64,000 bases of DNA from an uncultured delta proteobacterium (GCA_963769935.1 CAVYNY010000011.1:320001-384000), one strand, 5' to 3'. Shown: positions 9,870 to 19,219, counted from the stretch's first letter. Numbers and translations are program-made. The notes: generated by a model from the sequence alone, not told the origin.

Positions 9870-10156
9870 CTAACTGGTTTCGTGTTTTTTTAAATACCGA
9901 ATTAAGCCGTCAATTATCTTACGAACTTTTGCGCAGTGATCATAGGTGTTTTGAAATTCAGTCTCTGAAATATAGTTTTGATCTAAGGCGACGTACAAGC
10001 AATTCTGCACCTCGGAACAAGATCGTCTCGAATAGGTTAAAAATCGGATGAACTCTTTGTTCGACTTCGAATCAAATCCTTCGCAGATGTTATTCATTAC
10101 GGAAATAGCGGCGCCGGTTATTTGCCCAGATAGTCTAAAATCATTCGAGAAAGCGG
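9870..10156 (-). pseudogene. Four-helix-bundle protein (23S rRNA IVS protein/Avd-like family), N-terminally truncated; first ATG at 10097
   Basis: FSNDFRLSGQITGAAISVMNNICEGF..SNKEFIRFLTYSRRSCSEVQNCLYVALDQNYI matches the family; the usual first helix is absent. Confidence 0.8.
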
Positions 10157-10186
10157 GCCAACCGGCAACGGGCCAACCGGCGAACC
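10154..10186. repeat. Short inverted counterpart of the 9722 array
   Basis: CGGGCCAA-CCGGCAA-CGGGCCAA-CCGGCGAACC is the reverse complement of GTTGGCCC-type units. Confidence 0.8.
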
Positions 10187-10193
10187 AGATTCC

Positions 10194-11366
10194 TTATGCC
10201 GCTAAAGATCGACCGAATCGTACGGCCTCGTTGCCGAACCGCTGTCGGATGCGGTCGATGACGCTGATGAGATTGTCGCGTTTTTCGTTTTGCTTTTGCT
10301 CGACGGCAAACAGCTCCAGCTGGGCCGGCGGAAATGTCAGCCGGTCGCAGATCAGACGCACATGCCGGATGCGGATCCGCCGGGTCCAGGCCAGGCGCAG
10401 GGTGCGCCGGGCCAGTTCGAAAAGTATGAGATCGTTGGCGGTGGCCGGTTTGGCTGCCAGCTGGCGGGCACAGCGCATGCCGTCCGAATAGTCAAGGATG
10501 ACGGCAACCCGGCGGGCGGCGTGCCGCCGCCGGCGCAGCCTGTCACCGGCCTGTTCGACCAGGCCGTACAGGGTGCTTTCCAGAGTGGATTTGTCATTGG
10601 TGTCATTACCGAATTCATGGTCGACCATTATCTTCGGCGGTTTTTGCCCGGCCGGCAGGACGGGAGAAGGATCAATGCCGCGGGCGGCTTCGTATAGAAG
10701 CAGGGCGCGGGCGCCGAAGGGAATCTGCAGCTGCTCCAGACTCAGGGCGGTCAGATGCGACACCCGGCTGAGATTAAATTCCTGCAGCCGCAGCAGATCG
10801 TCGCGTTCGATGCCCGGGACCAGGCCGATCGGCAGCGGCGCCAGAAGCGCTTCTTCTTCGCCGGCACCGACGATGTACTCCCCGTCGGGCTTTACCAGGC
10901 GGGTGGCCACCTTGGCCGTCAGTTTGTTGGGGGCCACCGACCAGATGGGATCCAGGCCGAGATCTTCTTTAACCTGCCGGCGCAACCGCCAGGCGACATC
11001 AATGGGGGGGCCGAAAAGGCGGGCGGTGCCGGTGACATCCAGAAACAGGTGCCCGTCGACTTCCCCGGTTTCAATGAGCGGTGAATACGGCAGCGTCTGC
11101 TTGAGCAGGGTCCGCATGGCGTGCTCGTAGCGGTCCGGGTGGGGCGGCAGGATCCGGACGTCCCGGCACAGGCGCACGGCCCGGCGCAGCGGCATGCCCT
11201 TGCGGATGCCGGTTCGATAGGCTTCTTCGCTCATATCGTAAACGGCGGCCCGGGCCGCTCCCTCGGGGGCGATGATCACCGGCCGCGCTTTGAGCCGGCA
11301 ATCCACGGCCCGCTCCACCGCCACGGCAAAGTCGGCGACATTCAAATGGATAATTGATCGCTCCAT
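10194..11366 (-). CDS. imuB: Y-family polymerase homolog, ImuB/DinB-like, probably catalytically inactive
   Basis: IIHLNVADF (the DinB D is N), VDGHLFLD in place of SIDE, SVAPNKLTAKVA, clamp motif QLELF. Confidence 0.8.
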   Translation of the reverse strand: MERSIIHLNVADFAVAVERAVDCRLKARPVIIAPEGAARAAVYDMSEEAYRTGIRKGMPLRRAVRLCRDVRILPPHPDRYEHAMRTLLKQTLPYSPLIETGEVDGHLFLDVTGTARLFGPPIDVAWRLRRQVKEDLGLDPIWSVAPNKLTAKVATRLVKPDGEYIVGAGEEEALLAPLPIGLVPGIERDDLLRLQEFNLSRVSHLTALSLEQLQIPFGARALLLYEAARGIDPSPVLPAGQKPPKIMVDHEFGNDTNDKSTLESTLYGLVEQAGDRLRRRRHAARRVAVILDYSDGMRCARQLAAKPATANDLILFELARRTLRLAWTRRIRIRHVRLICDRLTFPPAQLELFAVEQKQNEKRDNLISVIDRIRQRFGNEAVRFGRSLAA

Positions 11367-11403
11367 GGACAATTCTCTAAGTCATCAAGTCAAGCAGAAT
11401 AAG

Positions 11404-11554
11404 GAATGGATTCTATTTTAATTTTTTAATTGGACAGGATTTACAGGATTGTCTGGATTCTGTTTTGGCATTCCCGGTTTCCGGAGGAAACCGTAAAAAA
11501 ATCCTGCTCATCCTGTTGATCCTGTCGGACAAAAAAAATAAAAAGAATCCATTC
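11404..11554. mobile_element. MITE-like element, family 1 (TIR GAATGGATTC) with inner inverted ACAGGAT/ATCCTGT repeats
   Basis: Terminal inverted repeats; second copy at 42339-42557. Confidence 0.7.
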
Positions 11555-12401
11555 ATCTTTCCTCTTCAGACACTTCCATTAGTCCTCTTTCTGTCAGCAA
11601 GTTAATCAGCTGCACCGCATTCCTGGGCGCCTGGGCGCGGACGTGGTTGTTGAAGAAAATGAGGCCGCGGTTTGCGTGCCGGGCCATTTTCGTGATCCGG
11701 CCATCCGCCCACTCCCGCAGCTCAGCATCCCCGTAGTCATAGTCGAATTGCTGCTGCATGTTGCCCGAGCGCCAGCCCTTGGCGTTGCGGCCGTGAAAGC
11801 GGATGTAGAAAAGATCGGGGTTGGTGACGATATCGAGCGGAGGGAAAAGTCCCGGTAAATTCGGTTCATCCACTGCTACCAAGGTAGTGCGGCGGCGCTC
11901 CAGTTCGGCAAAGACCCGGTCCGTGGCCCAGGAGGCGTGACGAAACTCCACCGCCAGGGGCAAACCGTCCAACTCGTCCAGCAGGGCGGCCAGATATTGA
12001 CGGTTTTGAGGGGCGCGCCCAAAGGAGGGAGGGAATTGCAGCAAAACGGCCGCCAGTTTTCGGGCCTGCAAAAGCGGAGCGATGCCGTCCCGGTACTGGG
12101 CGGCCTGTCCCCGCCATTGACCGGGATCGATTTCGTGGGTTAATGTGCGGGTCAGTTTGGCGGCAAAGCGAAAACCGGCCGGCGCCTGTTGCTGCATTCG
12201 TTCGAGCGCACTCGCTTTGGGCATTTGATACCAGGTGAAGTTCAACTCGGTGACTGGAAAATTCTGGGCGTAACAGGACAGCATGTTGCCCGATTTTGTC
12301 CCCGGTGGATAAAACCCGGCATCGGTCCATTCCGCATACGAATAGCCGCTCGTGCCGACCCAAAGTTTACAACCACGTATTGGTTCTTTTTTGTTGTCCA
12401 T
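11553..12401 (-). CDS. DUF72 (YecE-like) protein
   Basis: VGTSGYSY..W...FYP, ELNFTWY, LLQFPPSF, AVEFRH, YIRFHGRN, DYDY and FFNNH motifs. Confidence 0.92.
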   Translation of the reverse strand: MDNKKEPIRGCKLWVGTSGYSYAEWTDAGFYPPGTKSGNMLSCYAQNFPVTELNFTWYQMPKASALERMQQQAPAGFRFAAKLTRTLTHEIDPGQWRGQAAQYRDGIAPLLQARKLAAVLLQFPPSFGRAPQNRQYLAALLDELDGLPLAVEFRHASWATDRVFAELERRRTTLVAVDEPNLPGLFPPLDIVTNPDLFYIRFHGRNAKGWRSGNMQQQFDYDYGDAELREWADGRITKMARHANRGLIFFNNHVRAQAPRNAVQLINLLTERGLMEVSEEER

Positions 12402-12437
12402 TGACGTGCTTCAATTTCCGAGATGAACACATAAAAA

Positions 12438-12521
12438 GCTGATAGCTCATAGTCCCGCCGCGGCGAGACTGGTAGTCGAATGATCAATTCCTTTTTGCTA
12501 TGAGCCATGAGCTATGAGCTA
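12438..12521. repeat. Small inverted 7-mer repeat element (AGCTCAT / ATGAGCT)
   Basis: AGCTGATAGCTCATAG ... GCTATGAGCCATGAGCTATGAGCTA, the right arm abutting the lexA stop. Confidence 0.6.
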
Positions 12522-13151
12522 TTTTATCCCCTCCGGTCCGCGCTGGATGCCGATGACCTTGCCCTGGATCAATACTTCGCTGAAGCCGTAGCGCATGGGG
12601 TTATATGCGGCATTTTCCGGACGCAGTTCGATGTATTTTTTGCGCAGAAAAAACCGTTTGACGGTGGCTTCCTCTTCGTTGATAAGGGCCACCACAATTT
12701 CACCGTTCCGGGCGTACTGCCGGGGTTCGCAAATCGCCAGATCACCGGTCAGGATCCCGGCATCCTTCATTGAATCGCCCTTGATCTGCAACGCAAAGAG
12801 GTTCTGGCCGCGATAGACGGCGGCGTCCAGCACCGTGCTGCCGTCCCATTCCGTCTGGGCGTACATCGGTAACCCGGCCATAACGCGACCGATGATGGGG
12901 ATCTCCCGCCAACGCTGGGAGGCCGAGGTCTCGCGGGCTCGGTTCAAAAGATAGACGGTACGGCTGTAGCGTCCCTCCCGTTTCAGGTAGCCTTTCTCTT
13001 CCAGCGCCCGAATGATTTGAGCGATGGCGGCGTGGCTGACCCCGATATCTGCAGCCGCCTGGCGCAGGCTGGGAGCCTGTCCGCTGTTTGCGATTTCATG
13101 CTGCAGATAATCTAAAACATGCTTTTGTCTCTCGGTCAGGGCTGATTGCAT
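12519..13151 (-). CDS. lexA: LexA repressor
   Basis: LTERQ HTH start, Ala-Gly cleavage site (VMAGLP), catalytic Ser (GDSM) and Lys (TVKR). Confidence 0.93.
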   Translation of the reverse strand: MQSALTERQKHVLDYLQHEIANSGQAPSLRQAAADIGVSHAAIAQIIRALEEKGYLKREGRYSRTVYLLNRARETSASQRWREIPIIGRVMAGLPMYAQTEWDGSTVLDAAVYRGQNLFALQIKGDSMKDAGILTGDLAICEPRQYARNGEIVVALINEEEATVKRFFLRKKYIELRPENAAYNPMRYGFSEVLIQGKVIGIQRGPEGIK

Positions 13152-13287
13152 GAAAACCTCCTTTTGATTGCGGATTTCAGATTTCGGAATGCGGATTCAT
13201 AAAAAGGATAAATGCAATTTTAATTTTTCGATTCCTTCCGCCGAAATACGAGGCGGTCCGGATTCCTGAATTGTTTCCTCTGCCGCC

Positions 13288-13333
13288 AATATAAACGCTC
13301 AATATGTAAATGTCAATGTAAAATTTAATGTAA
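13288..13333 (-). promoter_or_regulatory. Sigma70 promoter of the lexA cassette overlapped by three TTACAT direct repeats
   Basis: Minus strand TTGACA (13316-13311), 17 bp, TATATT (13293-13288); ATGTAA at 13304, 13316 and 13328. Confidence 0.75.
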
Positions 13334-13379
13334 GGTTTGTATGGGGATGTAAAGGCTTGTGGGTTTGGGGATATCGGGG

Positions 13380-15068
13380 TTAAATCTGCATCTTAGACAG
13401 CCGGTTTTTACCGAACCGCATGGGCAGGATAATGGCCAGGATGCTGAGCATGAAGGCGGCACTGAAGGATCCGCTAATCCACAGCCAGTTTGCCGGGGAA
13501 AGGGTTCGGCCGTGGATATGCGCCATGAAAATATGGTAAACCGGACCGGCTTCTATGAGAATGACGGCACCGATGTAGCCGGCGCACACGATCATGAAGA
13601 TCAGGCCGCCGAAACTGGTCACCGTCTGGGTCGGGTTTTCCGCTTTAAAATCCGGATAGCCCGCACCCAACCCGATACCCATGGCAACAATTCCCGGGAC
13701 GACAAAAAAAACGGTGATGATGGAAAGCACCATCATAAAGGGCGTGACGCTAAGCAGGATGTTGGTGGCGACGATCAGGATTTCCGTAAGTAAAAGCAGC
13801 GGCAAATAGTAGATAAAAAATTTTATCCACAAAAAGGTTTGCAGTGACAGCGGAGATGTCCTGACCAGCCAGAAAGCTTCCCTTTCCATACTGACGGCCG
13901 GATAGGCAAAACGGGCGGATATGGCCGTGAGGACAAAAAGTGCCAGTCCCATATTCAGAAAAGAGAACAGGTTCTGCAGATAGACGGTTTTGATCGGTGA
14001 CTTTTCTATCGGAAGCACTTTGAAATTGTAAACGTATATGACCACCAGAGCAGCGATCAGAAAAAGCTGGGACCATTGGGTCTGATCGCGCAGAAATGTT
14101 TTAATTTCTTTGACGGCAAAGGATTTTACGGGTCCCGGCAGAAAATTGAGGTACTGCCGGCCGGGGTCTCTTTTTTTGAACAGCCTGGCTGCGGCCGTCT
14201 GGGTTTTGGAAAATCCTTTAAAGTAAATTGAATCGGCAACCATGATCAGGAAAAACACAATGGTACCGGCAAAGCTCCAGGCGAGTCCTGTATGCAGCAA
14301 ACCGCGGCCCAACTCTCCTGAAAGACCTGCCCGGATGCTGTCATAGGCCCATGTGCTGGGCAGAATCGGGGATAAAGGGGTTTGCAGGGAGGTGATGTAA
14401 ACCATGACGGTGTCAAATACTTCCGGATCCACCAGCAGCTCCGGCCGTGACAGACGGATGGCCAGATAAATCACGACAAAAAACAGGATACCCAAAAAAA
14501 TGAAAATACTTTTCAGGCGATTGGCAGGAATGACGATAACGGCCAGCATTACCAAAATCGTGCTGACAGCTGACGCATTAATGACAAGCGGCGCCAGAAC
14601 CAACAGGATGTTGGCATAATAAAAGACGCCGGCTCGATAGACGATTCCATAAGACAAAAAGATCGGCAGGGTAAAAATGACAACCATCCAGGCACTTTCA
14701 ACCGTACTGTCCAGCCAGCGTGCAATAAAAATTTTGTAGCTTGCAACCGGCATCGAGTGGACCAGTACCAGGTCCCGGGACAGGTAAAGCCGTGACAGCG
14801 ATGTCAGGATGCTGCTGAAAATTAAAAGGGCATATGCAATAATCAGAATCATTGACAACAGTTTGTAACCGAGAATGTCTCCGATTTCTTCAATGCCTTT
14901 AAAGTATGTCAGAACCCGTACCGCAACGACAAATATCGCGCTCCAGAAGAGCATACCAATAACAGCGAGAAAGCACAGCTTCAGGATTTCGCCGCTCTTG
15001 CCGATGCGGACGCTGCGGTTCATTAAAGGCCAGATTCTGGGTTTTAGCAATGTGAGGATGTCGTTCAT
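13380..15068 (-). CDS. Putative ABC-2 type exporter permease
   Basis: Multi-pass hydrophobic protein with KEIKTFLRD and S-ERE-AFW motifs; adjacent to an ABC ATPase. Confidence 0.8.
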   Translation of the reverse strand: MNDILTLLKPRIWPLMNRSVRIGKSGEILKLCFLAVIGMLFWSAIFVVAVRVLTYFKGIEEIGDILGYKLLSMILIIAYALLIFSSILTSLSRLYLSRDLVLVHSMPVASYKIFIARWLDSTVESAWMVVIFTLPIFLSYGIVYRAGVFYYANILLVLAPLVINASAVSTILVMLAVIVIPANRLKSIFIFLGILFFVVIYLAIRLSRPELLVDPEVFDTVMVYITSLQTPLSPILPSTWAYDSIRAGLSGELGRGLLHTGLAWSFAGTIVFFLIMVADSIYFKGFSKTQTAAARLFKKRDPGRQYLNFLPGPVKSFAVKEIKTFLRDQTQWSQLFLIAALVVIYVYNFKVLPIEKSPIKTVYLQNLFSFLNMGLALFVLTAISARFAYPAVSMEREAFWLVRTSPLSLQTFLWIKFFIYYLPLLLLTEILIVATNILLSVTPFMMVLSIITVFFVVPGIVAMGIGLGAGYPDFKAENPTQTVTSFGGLIFMIVCAGYIGAVILIEAGPVYHIFMAHIHGRTLSPANWLWISGSFSAAFMLSILAIILPMRFGKNRLSKMQI

Positions 15069-15069
15069 T

Positions 15070-15330
15070 GCACGGGTTGCGCGTTACGGGTTGCGGGTTA
15101 CGGGTTGCGTGTTGCGTGTTAGGAGTTTCGAGTTACGGATCGCGGGGAGTAAGTCGCCGGCCTTCTTTACGCTGTGCGCTATGCTCTCGGCGCTGTCCGT
15201 TACCCTGCTGCATTCCTCCTTGCCACTCACAACTTTCAGCATTCCCATTTTTCTCCTGACACCTGAAACGCTTGTTATCTGCCATATGCCCTCTGCCTTC
15301 TGACTTCTGTTCTCTGTCGTCTGTTTTCTG
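15070..15330. repeat. Stack of different degenerate 7-mer tandem arrays
   Basis: GTTGCGG/GTTACGG run (15070-15143), TGCGCTA-like run, CCTGACACCTGAAAC and TCTG-n3 run (15290-15330). Confidence 0.75.
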
Positions 15331-16059
15331 TCAGTTAGCTGTATTCGTCAGATTCAGGAATACCTTTTCAAGGTCGGCATCGGCTATGTTGGCTTCGTGC
15401 CGCAGGTCGGCCGTTGTTCCGCTGGCGATCAGACGGCCGCGGTGGATAATGCCGATGCGGTCACAGGTATCTTCGACGATTGTCAAGGTGTGCGTGGACA
15501 TGAAAATTGTCACTCCGTCCCGCGCCAGGCGTTGGAAGAGTTCTTTCACCATGATAATCGCCGCCGGATCAAGGCCGACCATGGGTTCGTCGACGATTAT
15601 GATTTCAGGGTCATGCAGCAGGGCTGCGCACATGATCAGACGTTGTTTCATCCCGTGGGAATAGGATTCGATCAGTTCATCGGACCAATCGATCAGGGAA
15701 AACATCTCCAGATTCTTTTGGGCGCGTTCACGGTAGATATCATGCGGGACATCATAGAGGTCGGCGGTGAATTTCAGAAATTCCATACCGGTTAATTTCT
15801 CATAAAGATAGGGGCGGTCCGGTATAAAGCCGATTTTACGCTTGGCTGCTTCCGGCTGCGCTTGCATGTCAATGCCGCCGATGGTTATGGTGCCGGTGGT
15901 CGGCAGCAGAACACCTGCGATCATTTTTATGGTCGTGGTCTTGCCGGCGCCGTTGGGCCCGAGAAATCCGAAGATCTCGCCTTTATTTACGGTGAGACTA
16001 AGATTGTCGACCGCCCGAAAGTCGCCGAATTTTTTTGTTATGCCCTTCAGTTCGATCAT
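15331..16059 (-). CDS. ABC transporter ATP-binding protein
   Basis: GPNGAGKTT, YSHGMKQR and IIVDEP motifs. Confidence 0.95.
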   Translation of the reverse strand: MIELKGITKKFGDFRAVDNLSLTVNKGEIFGFLGPNGAGKTTTIKMIAGVLLPTTGTITIGGIDMQAQPEAAKRKIGFIPDRPYLYEKLTGMEFLKFTADLYDVPHDIYRERAQKNLEMFSLIDWSDELIESYSHGMKQRLIMCAALLHDPEIIIVDEPMVGLDPAAIIMVKELFQRLARDGVTIFMSTHTLTIVEDTCDRIGIIHRGRLIASGTTADLRHEANIADADLEKVFLNLTNTAN

Positions 16060-16097
16060 GATATGGGGTTTTTATGATTTTTGGTTTATTATAACAC

Positions 16098-16195
16098 ATA
16101 ATTAATCCGCCGGAGCTTCGATCAAGCACAATCTCCAGGTTTAAAACAACAATTTACAACCCTGGACGTACTATTTTTCAGGGCGGATTAATTAT
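16098..16195. mobile_element. MITE-like element, family 2 (TIR ATAATTAATCCGCC)
   Basis: 14-bp perfect TIR; inverted second copy at 35528-35624. Confidence 0.7.
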
Positions 16196-17659
16196 CCGCA
16201 GTTTAATTTTCCCGATAACGCCCATCAAATCCAGCTGCCGGCCGGGGGACCCGGTAACGAGCCTTATATGGCTGACATCCGCGGGTACCTGTCCGAAGAC
16301 TGCGTCCACGGTTATCCAGCGTCCCAGATATACCAGATTCCAGGCGTGGTAATAAAACCGGCCTTTTAAATAAACCAGTCCGGCCTCAATCCGGCAGGGA
16401 ATCCCGGCCGCCCGTGCCAGAGCGGCCAGCAATACGGCGTGTTCATTGCAGTCACCTACGCGATTTTCCAGGGTGGAAAGCGCATCCGGTATAGAGAGCA
16501 CAGGGCGTTTGTCAATATTTTGATGCACCCAATCAACCAGCAATCGCACTTTCCCCAGCGCACCGGTTTCATTTCCGACGATTTTATGCATCAGCGCCTG
16601 AATCTTTGGATCGTCCGATTGGATAAACGGACCCGGTATTAGAAAAATTTTCTCTAAGCTTTGTAAGCTGTTTTCATCAATTTCGGCCGCCAGATTCGCC
16701 AGTGATTCCCTTTCGATGGTTAGCATGTTGTTTTTAAGTATCTGTCGACCGCCGCCCAGTTGAAGGCCCTCGAAGCGGATGCCGCCGATTTCAATGTTCA
16801 GTGTAGAAAGGCGGTCCAGGTTTTCCAGCACCACATTGGACGGCACCGAGGCGGTTTGCGTAAGGTCGGTGCTCGAGGCCGCCCCCAGACCCTGCAGCGC
16901 ATTCTGTCGGGTGGTCTTTTCCAGACGGATTCCTAATATGCCTTTTTCCTTCAAAATGTCGCCATCCTTACCAATCCAGGCCAGCTGGGAGGTGCCCTTG
17001 AAGTTCAAGGCAATTTTGGTGGCCGATGTCTGGGCGCCCATGATATCGGTTACTTCCCTACCCATGACTTCCACGTTCACCGGCGTTTGTCCCATTGTGG
17101 CCGGGTCAAAAATATCAAAGGTGTATTGGTCGCCGGTGTTGAGCTCGGCTGCAGCCAGAGCGGCTGTGATTGCAGAGAGCAGATAGGGTTTGGCTTTCAG
17201 TGGGATGTCTGTCCGGCGGCTGGTTCCGGCGCTGTTTGTTTTAACGGTCAGCACTTCGCCGGCAACTGAACCGCTCACGTTAAAATTGAAACGTCCCGAG
17301 GCGATTTCAAAGTCAAAATCAGCCAGGCTGAAATCAGGCTTAAGATGCCCCCGGGTTTTCAGGTTTATATCCTGGACCATGCCCATGGTATTGATGCGCA
17401 TGAGAACAGTTTCCTGCAGACGGTAGCCATCAATCTCGGTGGAAAACCCGGTGTGCGAAAATCCGATTTTGTTGTTGCTTTGAAATATATTCATCCAGAT
17501 CTCTTGATCAGCGGGCGCTTTAATATCGGAAGCTGCCAGAGTTCGCGGAGGGAAAAAAAGTTTTTCAATTACACCCAGACGGATCATAAAAAGAACGGCG
17601 AACCCCAGGACAAAGACGGAGCCCGTTATCCAAAACGTTTTGTGTTTGTACAGCGACAT
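16178..17659 (-). CDS. Membrane-anchored transglutaminase-like domain protein
   Basis: N-terminal TM helix; GDCNEHA, YHAWN and WITVD give the Cys-His-Asp triad. Confidence 0.88.
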   Translation of the reverse strand: MSLYKHKTFWITGSVFVLGFAVLFMIRLGVIEKLFFPPRTLAASDIKAPADQEIWMNIFQSNNKIGFSHTGFSTEIDGYRLQETVLMRINTMGMVQDINLKTRGHLKPDFSLADFDFEIASGRFNFNVSGSVAGEVLTVKTNSAGTSRRTDIPLKAKPYLLSAITAALAAAELNTGDQYTFDIFDPATMGQTPVNVEVMGREVTDIMGAQTSATKIALNFKGTSQLAWIGKDGDILKEKGILGIRLEKTTRQNALQGLGAASSTDLTQTASVPSNVVLENLDRLSTLNIEIGGIRFEGLQLGGGRQILKNNMLTIERESLANLAAEIDENSLQSLEKIFLIPGPFIQSDDPKIQALMHKIVGNETGALGKVRLLVDWVHQNIDKRPVLSIPDALSTLENRVGDCNEHAVLLAALARAAGIPCRIEAGLVYLKGRFYYHAWNLVYLGRWITVDAVFGQVPADVSHIRLVTGSPGRQLDLMGVIGKIKLRIINPP

Positions 17660-17793
17660 TGTAATTAATCCGTCCAGAAAAATAGCCCGCCCGGGGGTGA
17701 CAATTGAATATTCAATAAAAAACGGGTCGGACAAATGAATTATCCAACCCGTTTACTATATCACAAAAACCCTATCGAATACACCTAACGGTT

Positions 17794-17985
17794 CTATTTG
17801 AATTCATCGCGGCGGTTTTTGGCGTGCCCCCATTCCGTTGAATTCGTGGCAACGGGCCTTGAAAAACCAAAGGCTTCGGTTGAAATCCGATCTGCGGCAA
17901 TGCCCTGATTCACAAGGAAATTCTTGGCCGCCAGGGCTCGTTTATCACCGAGCTCCATATTGTATTTTTCGGTGCCGACCATGTC
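17794..17985 (-). pseudogene. OmpA/Pal C-terminal domain fragment
   Basis: D-x-x-G-TEKYNMELGDKRA...NRR motif with no N-terminal half. Confidence 0.65.
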
Positions 17986-17989
17986 ACTT

Positions 17990-18799
17990 TTATTTGGTGA
18001 AAGGTATCCAGTACTTTATCATTTTGTTCAGCTTTCCTTCCTTGTTGAACATGCGCAGGAAGTTATTGGCCGAATCCAGCAATTCAACATTGTCTTTGCG
18101 AATGCCCCACGCTAAAGGTTCTTTAGTTAAAAGAGCGAACAGAACGGTCAAGCCCCGGCTTTCGTTCTCAGAGGCCAAATAAAGGACCATCGGAGCGTCA
18201 TAGATGAACATGTCGATGTTATTGTCGATCAGGTCCTTCACTGCCGCGCGGGGGTTGGTGTAGGTTATCCTTTTAACGCTGCTGAATTGCGTCTCCACAA
18301 AATATTCCCCGGTCGTATCTTTAACAACACCGATCGCGGAACTGGTGGCAAAGGAAAATAAACCCGTACTGAAACGGGCAGCATCCTTTCGGCGAATCAG
18401 GGCCATCTGTCCGCTTTCAAAGTACGGTTCGGTGAAGGCAATGCGAACTTCTCTCAGAGCGGTAACCGACATCCCGGACATGATAATGTCAATCCGGTTT
18501 TCCAGCAGGGCCGATATTTGATCTTCCCATTTCAGCTCGACAAAGCGCAGCGATTTGCCGAGATATTCTGCCAGATCTCTTGCAAAATCGGCTTCCAAAC
18601 CGACGATTTTGTGGTTCTGTTTGAATATGAGCGGCGGTGAGTCGGCTGCGACTCCGACGCGCAAAACATTCTTGTCAGCCGGAATCAGGGTAGGGTTGGC
18701 CTTCTGCCGGGCGGTTGAAGCACACCCCGCCAACAAAGACAGGGCTGTTAAAATAAAAAAAAGCACCGGTAATCGGCAGACACACCATCTTTTGCCCAT
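17990..18799 (-). CDS. Polar amino-acid ABC transporter substrate-binding lipoprotein
   Basis: Lipobox LAGC, LRVGV, IDIIMSGMSVT..R and FTEPYF motifs. Confidence 0.9.
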   Translation of the reverse strand: MGKRWCVCRLPVLFFILTALSLLAGCASTARQKANPTLIPADKNVLRVGVAADSPPLIFKQNHKIVGLEADFARDLAEYLGKSLRFVELKWEDQISALLENRIDIIMSGMSVTALREVRIAFTEPYFESGQMALIRRKDAARFSTGLFSFATSSAIGVVKDTTGEYFVETQFSSVKRITYTNPRAAVKDLIDNNIDMFIYDAPMVLYLASENESRGLTVLFALLTKEPLAWGIRKDNVELLDSANNFLRMFNKEGKLNKMIKYWIPFTK

Positions 18800-19190
18800 T
18801 TTTTCCTTCCTTTTGTGCCAATCGATACACAGCGTCATAATAGGTTGTGGATCAGCAGGTTGCATTGCTGATTTTAATACTGCGGTCTAGGCTCAAGCTT
18901 GCTGATCGCCGTGTATGCATGCTCAACGATCCGTGTCATTCAGGAGGATGTGTTCTGAAAGTGCCGCTAATCATATGGGAAATTTACCGAATTGGCAAAC
19001 TGTAATTTCAGCGACAATCTCGAGCCGGCAATTTTTTCTTGACACTTAAGATCTTATTCGCGATATAATGGCCCTATTCAGCAGTTTAGAAAGAGTAGCG
19101 CGGTTTAATTCCCCGCAATCCTCGGCTTCATGGGGTTTGAAAAAGACCAGGTGTTTCGGGTAAAAGTGAAATAACTTCAGGCTTTGCAGC

Positions 19191-19219
19191 CAGAGTCAAA
19201 TATGACTCTGCTTTTTTTT
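19191..19219 (+). terminator. Intrinsic terminator upstream of the csp start codon
   Basis: CAGAGTCA-AATA-TGACTCTG followed by C and 8 T. Confidence 0.65.

Noticed and set aside
9870..10156. Diversity-generating retroelement (Avd-like gene)
   Set aside because: No reverse transcriptase or TR/VR pair seen in the window
10098..10196. Programmed readthrough fusing ImuB to the four-helix protein
   Set aside because: The in-frame arrangement has a 1 in 3 chance, TAA is a strong stop, and the linker is repeat-derived
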